Shown: positions 52,730 to 64,000 of the stretch, piece after piece
Position numbering within the stretch: the stretch's first letter is position 1
Layout of the letters: each line of letters opens with the position of its first letter
Source: Dehalococcoidia bacterium
GTDB lineage: Bacteria > Chloroflexota > Dehalococcoidia > Lucifugimonadales > CAJWER01
DNA length: 64,000 nt
Direction of reading: 5' to 3'
Assembly: GCA_963666125.1 (NCBI GenBank)
Contig: OY762633.1
Location: 56,107 to 120,106, forward strand
The notes under the pieces: model-generated
The model's database searches: none
The model's input: only the letters and a program-made list of their open reading frames with translations
Told to the model about the DNA's origin: nothing
Program-made: the position numbers and the translations under genes

Positions 52730-54200
52730 CCGTTCCTCCGGCCCGGAGATCGCCAGCCAGCAGGCTGAGCGCCTCCTCCCTAGTACTTATGCAACCGCTC
52801 GAGTGCGCTTCTCGCACCATTTCAAGCATATCTCCTACCCTCGGGCCGGGAGGTATTCCCAGCCTCCGCATGATGTCGTGTCCGTCGACCAGCTTCGCCG
52901 GCCCGTGGTCCCTTTTCCTCGCGGCGCTGCCCTTCAGGATGTGCCCGGCAACGCGGCGCCTGTAGCCCCAGTCGCTCTCATCGAGGTACGGCCCGCGCGC
53001 CGCAAGGTAGTCCGCCAGGTTCAGGTACACGGTGTCCACCGCGGCCCCGCCAAGGTCCCTGTGGAAGCGGTAGACCGCCCTGCGGGAGGGAAGCCCGCCC
53101 TTCGCTGCCATCTGGCCGGGTCTCAGGTGTCCCCCGACCATCTTGCTGACGAGGTCGACCCCTGCCCGGCTGAATCTCAGCCTCCTCAGTATGTTTCCCG
53201 CGACCTCGGCCCCCTCTACGTGGTGGCCGAAGAACCGGATGCGCCCCGACGGCTCTACGGTCTTCGTTGCGGGTTTGGATATGTCATGGAGCAATCCCGC
53301 CAATTTTACCAGATCGAGCCTGCTGTGGCCGTCGCTTGCCTCCCGGGCGAAGTATTCGCCGGTGTCCACGGGGATATCGTCTCCGAGGAATCCCCGGCAC
53401 TCGCCGGCCTGCAGGAGTCTTTCGACCTGGCCCGCGGTCTCTATGCAGTGGTCGAACACGTCCCAGTAGTGCTCCCTGGGCTGGGCGACGCCCCTGGCCT
53501 CCTCGAGCTCCGGTACGATGCGGCATAGCAGGCCCAGCTCGTCCAGCTCCCTGAGCCGTCGGACGGTGTCTCTGCTGCCCAGCAGCTTCAGCAGCTCGTC
53601 TCTGGTCCTCTCGGCCGCGACCGACGAGACCAGTCCCGCGTTTGCCCGGATCCACGCACGGGTTGCGGGTTCGACTTCGAAGCCGAGCTGGGCGGCGAGC
53701 CGCACGGCCCTGAACAGCCTGCCGGGATCGTCCACGAAGACTTCGGGTGACAGGGCGCGTATGAGCCGCCTGTCGAGGTCGAGGACGCCGCCGTACGGGT
53801 CTATGGGCGCGGCGTGGCCGGTCATGGGCACGGCGATGGCGTCGACCGTGAAGTCGCGCTGCGCCAGGTCGTGCTCGATAGAGCCGCGAAGGGGACTCAG
53901 GTCCACGGTCGGCCCACGGTCGGAGGTGAGCCTGAAGATGCCGCGCCGCGCGTCCAGGGGATACGCCTTCCAGCCGAGGGCCGCGGCTGCGCCCTGGGAT
54001 ACTCGACCGGAATCGCCCTCGACCGCGATGTCCAGGTCGAGGCTCTCGGCTCCGAGCAGGCTGTCGCGGACCGCGCCGCCGACGAGGTAGGCAACCAGGC
54101 CCCGGGACGCGAAGAAGCGCCGCAGCGGCTCCACGGAGTCGGGCAGGAGGGGCGGGTAGAGGGCTATGGTAGGCGGCTCGGCTTCGGATACCTGGATCAT
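52722..54200 (-). CDS. cca: CCA-adding enzyme / poly(A) polymerase-family tRNA nucleotidyltransferase with HD domain
   Basis: LVGGAVRDSLLG head-domain motif. A downstream HD domain (LLHDISKP, FFGHH) is present. Confidence 0.8.
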   Translation of the reverse strand: MIQVSEAEPPTIALYPPLLPDSVEPLRRFFASRGLVAYLVGGAVRDSLLGAESLDLDIAVEGDSGRVSQGAAAALGWKAYPLDARRGIFRLTSDRGPTVDLSPLRGSIEHDLAQRDFTVDAIAVPMTGHAAPIDPYGGVLDLDRRLIRALSPEVFVDDPGRLFRAVRLAAQLGFEVEPATRAWIRANAGLVSSVAAERTRDELLKLLGSRDTVRRLRELDELGLLCRIVPELEEARGVAQPREHYWDVFDHCIETAGQVERLLQAGECRGFLGDDIPVDTGEYFAREASDGHSRLDLVKLAGLLHDISKPATKTVEPSGRIRFFGHHVEGAEVAGNILRRLRFSRAGVDLVSKMVGGHLRPGQMAAKGGLPSRRAVYRFHRDLGGAAVDTVYLNLADYLAARGPYLDESDWGYRRRVAGHILKGSAARKRDHGPAKLVDGHDIMRRLGIPPGPRVGDMLEMVREAHSSGCISTREEALSLLAGDLRAGGTGA

Positions 54201-54212
54201 GATCGGCGGTCG

Positions 54213-54776
54213 TTACCCTCCAACAGCCGCCGACTCTTCCTCGACGACCTCGGCCGGAGCCTCGTTCGGGATGAGCGACTGGTGAGCCTGGAGGTGGTCG
54301 AAGTAGAGTATGCCGTCGAGGTGATCGATTTCGTGCTCCAGGGCCTGGGCGAGCAGGCCCTCCGCCCTGATGCGGAAGACGTTGGAGTGGCGGTCCAGCC
54401 CCCTCGCCTTCACCCAGATTGCCCGCGTCACCAGGCCGTGGAACCCAGGAACGCTCAGGCAGGCCTCGTCGATCTCCCTCTCTCCCTCGCGGTGCACGAT
54501 CTCGGGGTTGACGTAGACCCTTGGCTCCTCTTCCTCAGGCATGTGTATCACGATGACGCGCTGCAGGACTCCTATCTGGTTGGCTGCGAGGCCGACGCCG
54601 CCGACCTCGTGCAGGGTGTCGATCATGTCGTCGGCCAGCCGCTGGACCGACTTGTCGATCCGGCGCACCTTCTTGGCCTTGCGCCTGAGGGCTGGATGTG
54701 GGAACTCAAGTATGGCTCTGACGGCCAATGGTCGAAACTCCGGAACGTTTCCGCGGCTCGTTATGACGTGGATCAA
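54213..54776 (-). CDS. def: Peptide deformylase
   Basis: GVGLAANQIG, EACLSVPG and HEIDHLDG motifs. Confidence 0.92.
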   Translation of the reverse strand: MIHVITSRGNVPEFRPLAVRAILEFPHPALRRKAKKVRRIDKSVQRLADDMIDTLHEVGGVGLAANQIGVLQRVIVIHMPEEEEPRVYVNPEIVHREGEREIDEACLSVPGFHGLVTRAIWVKARGLDRHSNVFRIRAEGLLAQALEHEIDHLDGILYFDHLQAHQSLIPNEAPAEVVEEESAAVGG

Positions 54777-54834
54777 TTATATCTGTGGGCGAAGCGGGGT
54801 GTAAAGGAGATATACAGGGCGAACGATAGGCTCT

Positions 54835-56340
54835 CTAGGGCGCGGCGAGTCTTAGTGCCAGGTTCACGAGGGTGCGGACGGGGACTCCGGTCGCTCCCTT
54901 GGGCTTGTAGCCGGAGGACGAGTCGCCGTATGCGACTCCGGCGATGTCCAGGTGGACCCACGACGCGCCGTCGGCGAACTCTCCGATGATCTGGGCGCCG
55001 GTGATGGAGCCTGCGTCGCGCCCGCCGGTGTTCTTGATGTCCGCAACGTCGCTCCTGTACTGCTTCTTGTACTCGTCGTCCATCGGGAGCTGCCACGCAC
55101 GCTCGCCCGCCTCCTCTGCCGACGCCAGCACGTCGTCGACCAGGCCCTGGTCGTTGCCGAACACGCCCATGCGTACCTTGCCGAGGGACGTCAGGATTGC
55201 GCCCGTCAGCGTGGCCGCGTCGACGATGCGCTCGATGCCGAGGGACCGGGCGTAGGCGAGGGCGTCGGCCAGCACGAGGCGACCCTCGGCGTCGGTGTTG
55301 TCGATCTCGATGGTCTTGCCGCTCATGGTTCTGACGACGTCGCCGGGCTTCTGCGCGTTGGCGCCGGGCATGTTCTCGGTCGCGGGGACTAGGCCGGTCA
55401 CGTTGATCTTCGCGCCCAGCTTCGCGATGGCTCCCATCGCGGCTATGACGGCCGCGCCCCCGGACATGTCGCGCTTCATCTGCCGCATCCCGGACGGGGG
55501 CTTGAGGTCGAGGCCGCCCGAGTCGAAGGTGATGCCCTTGCCGATGAGGGCGAGGGCGTTGGACTCGTCGTCGGGGTCGCCCGTGTACCGCATGACGATC
55601 AGCTTGGGCGGCACGTCGGAACCCTGGGCTACGCCGAGCAGCGCGCCCATCCCAAGCTCCTCCATGTCGCCCCTGTCGAGCACCTCCATCTCAAGGCCGT
55701 TTGCCAGGGCGACCTCCAGGGCCGACTCGGCCATCTGGGCGGGGGTCATCTCGTTGGCGGGCTCGTTCACCATGTCCCGGCAGCGGTTGACAGCCCCGGC
55801 AAGCATTGCGCCCGTGTCCAACCCGGCCTCGATGGCCGGAATCTTGGAGGCGTCGAACTCCACCACCCGCAGGGTCTCTATGCCGTTCTTGCCGTCATCG
55901 CCGGACTTGTACTTGTCGAACCGGTAGAGTCCGAGCAGCGCACCCTCGGCCATGGCCTGGGCGGCGTCGCGCGGCTCCAGTCCGCCGATGCCCGCGCCGT
56001 GGACGATGGTGGCTACGTCCTTCACGCCTATCCTGCGCAGGCGGGTGCACACGGTCCCGGAGACGCGCCTCACGCGGTCGACGTCGAAGTCCCGGGACTT
56101 GCCCAGCCCGGCGACTACGACCCTGGCCGCGGGCATCCTACCCAGGGTGTGAATTATGGTGGTCTCGGCCAGCTTGCCCCTGATCTCGCCGTCGGCTATG
56201 AGCGCCGTTATTGCGCCGCCGAGGGCCGTGTCGACCGCTCCCGTCGCGCCGCCCGGGCGGGTCACGCCCTCGAAGAGGTTCACGACGACGGCTCCAGCTT
56301 CCACCTCGGCGATGCTATTCGATTCGACCTTGATCTCCAT
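54835..56340 (-). CDS. pepA: Leucyl aminopeptidase (M17)
   Basis: NTDAEGRLVLADAL signature. Start chosen at MEIKVESN; the track ORF extends 30 codons further upstream. Confidence 0.9.
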   Translation of the reverse strand: MEIKVESNSIAEVEAGAVVVNLFEGVTRPGGATGAVDTALGGAITALIADGEIRGKLAETTIIHTLGRMPAARVVVAGLGKSRDFDVDRVRRVSGTVCTRLRRIGVKDVATIVHGAGIGGLEPRDAAQAMAEGALLGLYRFDKYKSGDDGKNGIETLRVVEFDASKIPAIEAGLDTGAMLAGAVNRCRDMVNEPANEMTPAQMAESALEVALANGLEMEVLDRGDMEELGMGALLGVAQGSDVPPKLIVMRYTGDPDDESNALALIGKGITFDSGGLDLKPPSGMRQMKRDMSGGAAVIAAMGAIAKLGAKINVTGLVPATENMPGANAQKPGDVVRTMSGKTIEIDNTDAEGRLVLADALAYARSLGIERIVDAATLTGAILTSLGKVRMGVFGNDQGLVDDVLASAEEAGERAWQLPMDDEYKKQYRSDVADIKNTGGRDAGSITGAQIIGEFADGASWVHLDIAGVAYGDSSSGYKPKGATGVPVRTLVNLALRLAAP

Positions 56341-56469
56341 CAGTGCCCTCCGATAGATCCGAGGGGGAACTCGTGGTATTCGAGTCCGCCCCGCCACCCA
56401 ATCATATAGCAGAACTCCCGCCTGATGCATCCGGGGCGTGCGAGGAGCGCTCTATCATGGTTGTGCTGG

Positions 56470-56503
56470 TGAGCACTGGCCTTCGACAGGCTCAGGCCGA
56501 ACG
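56470..56503 (+). repeat. Dispersed repeat family A copy (2 substitutions)
   Basis: tgagcactggccttcgacaggctcaggccgaacg, in a divergent intergenic region. Confidence 0.8.
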
Positions 56504-56597
56504 TGGATTAGCCTGGTGATGTGACGTAGTGGCGGGTTGGCCTGGGGGCGCATCCCATGTACTCTATACGCCTAGCCTTGCCCATTTGGAGGACGAG

Positions 56598-57878
56598 ATG
56601 GCGCGCAGACACGTCGGCGAACGGGAGCAGCAGGTGCTCGACATGGCCGGGAGGCTCCTTCCCGGCGGGAGCAACGGCAACACGGTCACGATGGACACGA
56701 TCATCGCGAGGGGGCAGGGCCCGCGTGTCTGGGACGTGAGCGGCAACGAGTACGTGGACTACGCTCTCGGCTCCGGGCCGATGCTGATAGGGCACGCACA
56801 CCCCGAGGTCGTGGCGGCGGTGGAGGAGCAGATTTCGAAGGGCACGACGTTCTTTGCCCTCAACGAGAGCGCCGTGCTGCTTGCCGACGAGATCGTCCGG
56901 GCGGTGCCGTGCGCCGAGAAGGTCCGGTTCGCCAGCAGCGGGACCGAGGCGACGTTCTTCGCTATGAGGGCCGCCAGGGCGTACCGCGGCAGGGACAAGA
57001 TACTGAAGTTCGAGGGCGGGTTCCACGGGATGAACGACTACGGCCTGATGAGCATGTCGCCCACGGAGCCGCCCGACTTCCCCGCACCCGCGCCGGACGC
57101 GGCGGGAATCCCCGGCTCGGTTGGCGACAACGTGCTGGTCGCGCCGTTCAACGACATCGAGACGACCTCGGCCATCATCGAGCGGCACCACGACGAGCTT
57201 GGCGGGGTCATCGTCGAGCCCCTACAGCGGATCATACCGCCCAGGCCGGGCTTCCTGGAGGGGCTGCGCGACGTGACGAGCCAGTACGGGGTGCCGCTCA
57301 TCTTCGACGAGATAGTGACCGGGTTCAGGTTCGCCTACGGCGGCGCCCAGGAGCACTACGGCGTGACGCCCGACCTGTGTGCGCTCGGCAAGGCGGTCGC
57401 GGGCGGGTTCCCGCTCTCGGCCATTGCGGGCCGCGCCGACATCATGGAGCACTTCGCCGCCGGGGCTCCCGGGGACAAGTTCGTGATGCAGGAGGGTACG
57501 CTGAACGGCAACCCCGTCGCCGCGGTGGCGGGCCTTGCCACTCTGCGAGTGCTGCGCGAGGAGGGGACGTACGAGCGGCTCTTTGCCACGGGCACGCGGC
57601 TCATGGAGTCGCTCAAGGAGCTGCTGTACCAGGCCGAGGTGCCGGCCCAGGTGCTGGGCGAGCCGCCCATGTTCGACATCGTCTTCACCGACCACGAGGT
57701 CGGCGACTACCGGGGGACGCTGGACCGCGACCAGGACAAGCTCATGCGCCTCAACGAGCTGCTGCGGGGCAGGGGAGTCTTCAAGAACAACTCGAAGTAC
57801 TACGTCTCCACGGTCCACGGCGACGCGGAGGTCGAGCAGACCGTGTCGGCCTGGCGCTCGGCCCTCGAGGAGTTGTAG
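56598..57878 (+). CDS. Class-III (PLP) aminotransferase, glutamate-1-semialdehyde aminomutase-like
   Basis: GGAGGA RBS. LPGGSNGN, GSGPMLIGHAHP, FDEIVTGFR and the PLP lysine in ALGKAVAGGFP. Confidence 0.8.
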   Translation: MARRHVGEREQQVLDMAGRLLPGGSNGNTVTMDTIIARGQGPRVWDVSGNEYVDYALGSGPMLIGHAHPEVVAAVEEQISKGTTFFALNESAVLLADEIVRAVPCAEKVRFASSGTEATFFAMRAARAYRGRDKILKFEGGFHGMNDYGLMSMSPTEPPDFPAPAPDAAGIPGSVGDNVLVAPFNDIETTSAIIERHHDELGGVIVEPLQRIIPPRPGFLEGLRDVTSQYGVPLIFDEIVTGFRFAYGGAQEHYGVTPDLCALGKAVAGGFPLSAIAGRADIMEHFAAGAPGDKFVMQEGTLNGNPVAAVAGLATLRVLREEGTYERLFATGTRLMESLKELLYQAEVPAQVLGEPPMFDIVFTDHEVGDYRGTLDRDQDKLMRLNELLRGRGVFKNNSKYYVSTVHGDAEVEQTVSAWRSALEEL

Positions 57879-57885
57879 ACGTCCC

Positions 57886-60003
<2,118 letters not shown>

Positions 60004-60134
60004 CACCCACGTCCTCCTCGAATTTTTTGTGTAAGCAGGGCGGCTCGACGCGGCCCGCCCGGTTGGCACAGAAGGATACCAGCGCCAAATCTGCGTTTCA
60101 AGCCAAGCAGGAGACGAGGCCCAGTGGACCGTGG

Positions 60135-61106
60135 TCACCTCAGCGTCCGCCGCCAGTCGGCGACGCAGCGGAAGCCGGTGTTGCCGGTGGAGCTGTCGGG
60201 GGTGTTGGAGGTGCGGGCGGCTACCCGGTAGCGGTTGCAGTAGGACTCGTGGCACAGGTATGAGCCGCCGCGCGTGACCGCCGCGCTGCCGAAGTCCGGG
60301 CCGGGCGGGTTGTCGCGCGGACCGTCGACGTGGTACGTCGGGCTGAACCAGTCCGCCGTCCACTCCCAGACGTTGCCCGCGACGTTGTAGAGGCCGTAGC
60401 CGTTGGGGGGGAATGCCCTGGCCGGGGCGGTGCCGACGTACCCGTCCTCGGCGGTGTTGACGTCCGGGAAAGTGCCCTGCCAGATGTTGCAGCGGTGCTC
60501 GCCGCCGGGCGTGAGGTCGTCGCCCCAGGGGTAGGCCCTCTGCTCCAGGCCGCCGCGTGCGGCGTATTCCCACTCGGCCTCGGTGGGGAGCCGCTTGCCC
60601 GCCCACTCGCAGTAGGCCAGGGCGTCGTGCCGGGAGACGTGCACGACGGGGTGGTCCATCCGGGTCTTGACGTCCGAGCCCGGCCCGTCGGGGTGGCGCC
60701 AGCTTGCGCCGTCTACCCGAACCCACCAGGGGGCTTCGGCGACTGCCTGGCTGGCGGCGCGCCTGGCCCTGGGGGTGAGGAGCAGGTGGAATACGAAGGA
60801 CCAGCCGAACCGCTCGGCCTCGGTGACGTAGCGGGTGGACTTGACGAAGCGCGAGAAGTCCCGGTTGGTGACGGCCGCGGCGTCGACGTGGAAGGGGTCG
60901 ACGGAGATGGCTCTCACGGGGCCCTCGCCGTCGGCTGGGAAGCCGGACGCGTCCTCGGTACCCATGAGGAAGCCGCCGCCGGGAAGCTCGACCATGCCTC
61001 GGGTCGAGCCGCCCGTGCGCATGGTCTCGCGGCGGGTCGGGGCAGGCCGTGCCCGGGTCGCGCTCGGGCCGCAGCAGGGGGCGGTATGGTCGCGGGATTC
61101 GTTCAC
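60135..61106 (-). CDS. Formylglycine-generating enzyme (SUMF1/FGE) family protein
   Basis: MVELPGGGFLMG, HPVVHVSRHDALAYCEWAGKRLPTEAEWEYAARGG, GNVWEW and RGGSYLC are typical of the family. Confidence 0.8.
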   Translation of the reverse strand: MNESRDHTAPCCGPSATRARPAPTRRETMRTGGSTRGMVELPGGGFLMGTEDASGFPADGEGPVRAISVDPFHVDAAAVTNRDFSRFVKSTRYVTEAERFGWSFVFHLLLTPRARRAASQAVAEAPWWVRVDGASWRHPDGPGSDVKTRMDHPVVHVSRHDALAYCEWAGKRLPTEAEWEYAARGGLEQRAYPWGDDLTPGGEHRCNIWQGTFPDVNTAEDGYVGTAPARAFPPNGYGLYNVAGNVWEWTADWFSPTYHVDGPRDNPPGPDFGSAAVTRGGSYLCHESYCNRYRVAARTSNTPDSSTGNTGFRCVADWRRTLR

Positions 61107-61232
61107 GGCGCCAATATAGCGGATGGGGAGGCCTCCTGTCGGTGGGAGTATTCTACCCCGTCGGAGGGTCCGATTTGACCGGATTGATGATTCGCGCTAC
61201 CATGTTGCGAATTACGACAGGAGGATCGTGGC

Positions 61233-63536
61233 ATGAAATTGGCAATGGTACGTAGAGGGGTGCTCTGGACGGCGCTCCTGGCAGTCATGATCGCTGGCGT
61301 TGTCGCCTGCGGATCGGATGAGCCGGCCCCGGCGCCTCAGCCCACGGCCGTCTCCGCCGAGACGATCGCGATGATGGTTGGCGATGCGGTGAAGAGCGCC
61401 ATGCCCACGGACACGGGCGCAAGCGCCGCCGACATTCAGACGATGATCGACTCGGCGATGATGGGCATGGACACCGGCGCCAGCGCGGCGGAGATCCAGC
61501 AGATGATCTCCGCCCAGATGAGCGAGCAGATGGGCGACCAGATGACCGCCGCCGACGTCAAGGCGGTGGTCGAGGCGGCCATCGCGGCCATGCCGGCGCC
61601 CCAGGTGGACGCTGCGGCGGTGAGGCCGCTGGTCGAGGCGGCGGTCGCGGCTTCGGTCCCCGAGGGCGTGAGCGCCGAGCAGATCGCCAAGCTGGTCGAG
61701 GCGGCGGTCTCTGGAGCTACGGCCGACGTGCCGACCAGGGGCGAGCTTGCAGGCTCGATAGAGGCGGCGATCACTGAGCAGATGGGCAGCCAGCTTACGG
61801 CCGCGCAGGTCCAGGAGATCGTCGACGCGTCGGTCAGCGCCGCGGTCGATGAGGCCAAGAAGGCGACGGCGGCAGCCGAGGCCGCGGGCAGGGCTGCCGA
61901 GGGCGCGGCGATGGATGCACAGAAGGCGACCACCGCGGCCGAGGGCGCGGCGATGGACGCGCAGAAGGCGTTGGCTGCGGCGCAGGCCCCGGCCGTAGCG
62001 CCGCCCTCCTCGGACTCGGTGCTGCGCATCGGCAACTCCGGCGAGGTGCAGTTCCTGGACGCGGCGAAGAGCCAGTCGGGCACGGACATCATCTTCTCGG
62101 AGATGCTCTACAACCGGCTGCTCCAGTACGACGCCACGATGATGGAGCCCAAGCCTGACGTCGCGTCCAGCTGGACGATTTCGGACGACGGCTTGACTTT
62201 CGTGTTCACCCTCCGCGAGGACGTCAGGTTCCATAACGGCAAGGGCGTGACCGCCCATGACGTGGTGTACACCTGGGACCGGTGCCAGTACGAGATCATC
62301 GACAGGGGCCGGTGCAGGGGCGAGCTCAACGACGTGGTCTCGTACGAGGCTATGAGCGACTACGAGTTCAAGGTAGTGCTGGACAAGCCCAGCCCGGTGT
62401 TCCTGGCGTCGATGGCCCACTGGTCCCTGGCCATCGTCGACGAGGGCAGCACCGACAAGCAGGACACGAACCCGGTCGGGACGGGCCCGTACAAGTTCGT
62501 CGAGCAGGTACCCGGCGACAGGGTGGTGCTTGAGAAGAACGACGACTACTTCGACAGGGAGATCCTGAACATCAGGCCCGAGAGGGTCATCATCATCCCG
62601 ATCAAGGATCCGCAGACCCGCATGGCGGCGATCCGGGCGGGTGAGATCGACTTCGCGGTCGACGTTCCCCTGGAGCAGGTTGCCAGCATCGCCACTACCG
62701 AGGGCGTGGAGCTACTCCAGCAGAGGGACGGCATCACGGCCTCGTACATGACGGTCATCTTCAACTACCGCGAGGGCCCGATGGCCGACCTGCGGGTGCG
62801 GAAGGCCGTCGCCCTGGCCATCGACAGGGACGCCATCAACAGGGCCATCTTCTTCGGCCTGGGCGTGCCAAGCTGCAACCCGATCCTCGAGTCCCACTGG
62901 GCGTACCTGCCATATGAGTGCGAGCCGAGGGACGTGGAGAAGGCGAAGGCGCTCCTGGCCGAAGCCGGATACGGGCCCGACAACCCGCTGAAGATCAAGT
63001 ACATGCCGGAGAACATCCCGGTCACCCAGAAGATGGCCGAGGTCATCCAGCAGAACCTGGCCGACGCGGGCATCGAGATGGAGATCGTGATCGTCGACAG
63101 CCCGACCTGGCTGGACAAGGTCTGGTTCGGCTTGGACTGCGACACCGCCGACTGGCCGGAATCGCGCTGCTGGGCGGGCACCCACAAGGAGTTCGACCTG
63201 GGCGACGCCTGGTACACTCGCGAGCCCGACCCGGACGGACTGATGCAGAGCCTCTTCAGGGCCGACTCCCACACGAGCGGCTTCAAGGGCAACAACGGCA
63301 TGAGGTACTTCAACCCTGAGATCGAGCGGCTGTTCGACGAGGCCAAGAGCACTTCCGACCGGGCTATCCGGTCGGAGCTCTACCGCCAGATCGTCGACAT
63401 CGTCGTGGCCCAGGACGTGCCGTTCGTCAAGCTGCAGAGCATGCCCCGCTTCTTCGCGGCCAACAGGCACGTGCAGGGCGGGTACGTGAACCCGAAGGGC
63501 TACTGGAACGCCAAGGACTGGACCTGGCAGGAGTAG
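61233..63536 (+). CDS. ABC transporter substrate-binding lipoprotein (family 5, peptide/nickel type) with a ~250-aa repetitive N-terminal extension
   Basis: AGGAGGA RBS and lipobox VVAC. The extension is rich in Ala/Met/Gln motifs ([ST]AA[DE][IV]Q..). The family-5 body starts at about residue 260 (LRIGNSGEVQFLD...PDVASSWTISDDGLTFVFTLREDVRFHNG). Confidence 0.8.
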   Translation: MKLAMVRRGVLWTALLAVMIAGVVACGSDEPAPAPQPTAVSAETIAMMVGDAVKSAMPTDTGASAADIQTMIDSAMMGMDTGASAAEIQQMISAQMSEQMGDQMTAADVKAVVEAAIAAMPAPQVDAAAVRPLVEAAVAASVPEGVSAEQIAKLVEAAVSGATADVPTRGELAGSIEAAITEQMGSQLTAAQVQEIVDASVSAAVDEAKKATAAAEAAGRAAEGAAMDAQKATTAAEGAAMDAQKALAAAQAPAVAPPSSDSVLRIGNSGEVQFLDAAKSQSGTDIIFSEMLYNRLLQYDATMMEPKPDVASSWTISDDGLTFVFTLREDVRFHNGKGVTAHDVVYTWDRCQYEIIDRGRCRGELNDVVSYEAMSDYEFKVVLDKPSPVFLASMAHWSLAIVDEGSTDKQDTNPVGTGPYKFVEQVPGDRVVLEKNDDYFDREILNIRPERVIIIPIKDPQTRMAAIRAGEIDFAVDVPLEQVASIATTEGVELLQQRDGITASYMTVIFNYREGPMADLRVRKAVALAIDRDAINRAIFFGLGVPSCNPILESHWAYLPYECEPRDVEKAKALLAEAGYGPDNPLKIKYMPENIPVTQKMAEVIQQNLADAGIEMEIVIVDSPTWLDKVWFGLDCDTADWPESRCWAGTHKEFDLGDAWYTREPDPDGLMQSLFRADSHTSGFKGNNGMRYFNPEIERLFDEAKSTSDRAIRSELYRQIVDIVVAQDVPFVKLQSMPRFFAANRHVQGGYVNPKGYWNAKDWTWQE

Positions 63537-63662
63537 CCGCGCAAGGCTTCGAATAGAGTGGGGCGCGGGGATAGGCTCGACGGCCGGTCCCCGCGCCCCG
63601 CAAGTTGTCAGATGGGATTTCGGACTCGTCCGCGGGCCTGACGCGGAGTTGAGCCAACCGAT

Positions 63663-64000
63663 CTGGGCCCGGAGGCCGGTCAAATCCAGACCTATATAGC
63701 CCGCAGACTCCTACAGACCGCCTACGTGGTCGTCGTCCTCTCAATCGTCGTATTCGCCGCCATACGCTTCGCGCCTGGGGATCCGGCGGTCACCAGGCTC
63801 GGCATGGAGGCCACGCGGGAGGCCCTGGAGATGGAGCGGGAGGAGCTGGGTCTCAACAAGCCCCTGGTCGTTCAGTACGTCATCTGGGTGGGCAAGATGC
63901 TGAGGGGGGACATGGGTGTCTCCCTGTCATACAGCGCCGACCACCCCGTATCCTCGCTGGTCTGGGAGAAGCTCAAGCGGACCCTCCCCCTCGCAGTGTC
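63663..64000 (+). CDS. ABC transporter permease (DppB/OppB-like), 5' part; start codon uncertain; continues beyond the window
   Basis: The frame is open from 63642. It encodes IQTYIARRLLQTAYVVVVLSIVVFAAIRFAPGDP, the canonical N-terminus of family-5 permeases. There is no in-frame ATG/GTG/TTG upstream of this motif. Confidence 0.65.
   Translation, partial: MGPEAGQIQTYIARRLLQTAYVVVVLSIVVFAAIRFAPGDPAVTRLGMEATREALEMEREELGLNKPLVVQYVIWVGKMLRGDMGVSLSYSADHPVSSLVWEKLKRTLPLAV

Noticed and set aside
60135-61106. FGE gene as evidence for a sulfatase maturation locus.
   Set aside because: No sulfatase-like gene (C/S-x-P-x-R type) is visible in the window. The alkaline-phosphatase-superfamily gene at 31164 looks like an NPP type and is 29 kb away. 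There is no support for a functional cluster.

Overview
High-GC bacterial chromosome segment: about two-thirds G+C by eye, dropping to about 50% in one island. Most of it is densely packed housekeeping genes. The dispersed intergenic repeat families, the split gcvPA/gcvPB and the Thr-Pro linker proteins make me think of Chloroflexota, but this is a low-confidence inference that I cannot verify here.

Recognisable content:
- Replication, translation and RNA genes: dnaN, tmRNA (ssrA), rpsU, tRNA-Pro(CGG), RNase P RNA (rnpB), cca, def.
- Transport and secretion: a proVWX-type glycine betaine ABC importer, a heterodimeric ABC exporter pair, secDF, and a family-5 peptide/nickel-type ABC binding protein with the start of its permease.
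- Metabolism: an LLM oxidoreductase followed by a gcvT-gcvH-gcvPA-gcvPB glycine cleavage operon, ggt, pyk, a cysS fused to a GT2 glycosyltransferase domain, pepA, a class-III aminotransferase, acs and an FGE-type enzyme.

Non-routine content:
1. A lower-GC island at about 34.9-39.6 kb holds a tightly spaced minus-strand cluster. It contains two paralogous ~95-aa proteins, an AIPR-family abortive-infection protein, a 54-aa double-TM ORF missed by the ORF track, a 187-aa membrane protein and a retropepsin-like protease.
2. Next to that cluster is a 1.17-kb two-gene cassette bracketed by ~140-bp direct repeats that duplicate the 3' end of the protease gene.
3. A 1910-aa surface protein is built from near-identical FN3 + Calx-beta-like modules, a duplicated unknown domain and very long (Thr-Pro)n linkers.
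4. A serine-recombinase homolog lacks the catalytic-Ser motif. It sits between a COG1579 zinc-ribbon gene and rnpB.
5. At least six dispersed repeat families mark gene ends, surround rnpB and are even translated inside one CDS.

Many long ORFs in the supplied track are antisense or read-through artefacts of high GC content, and I rejected them.
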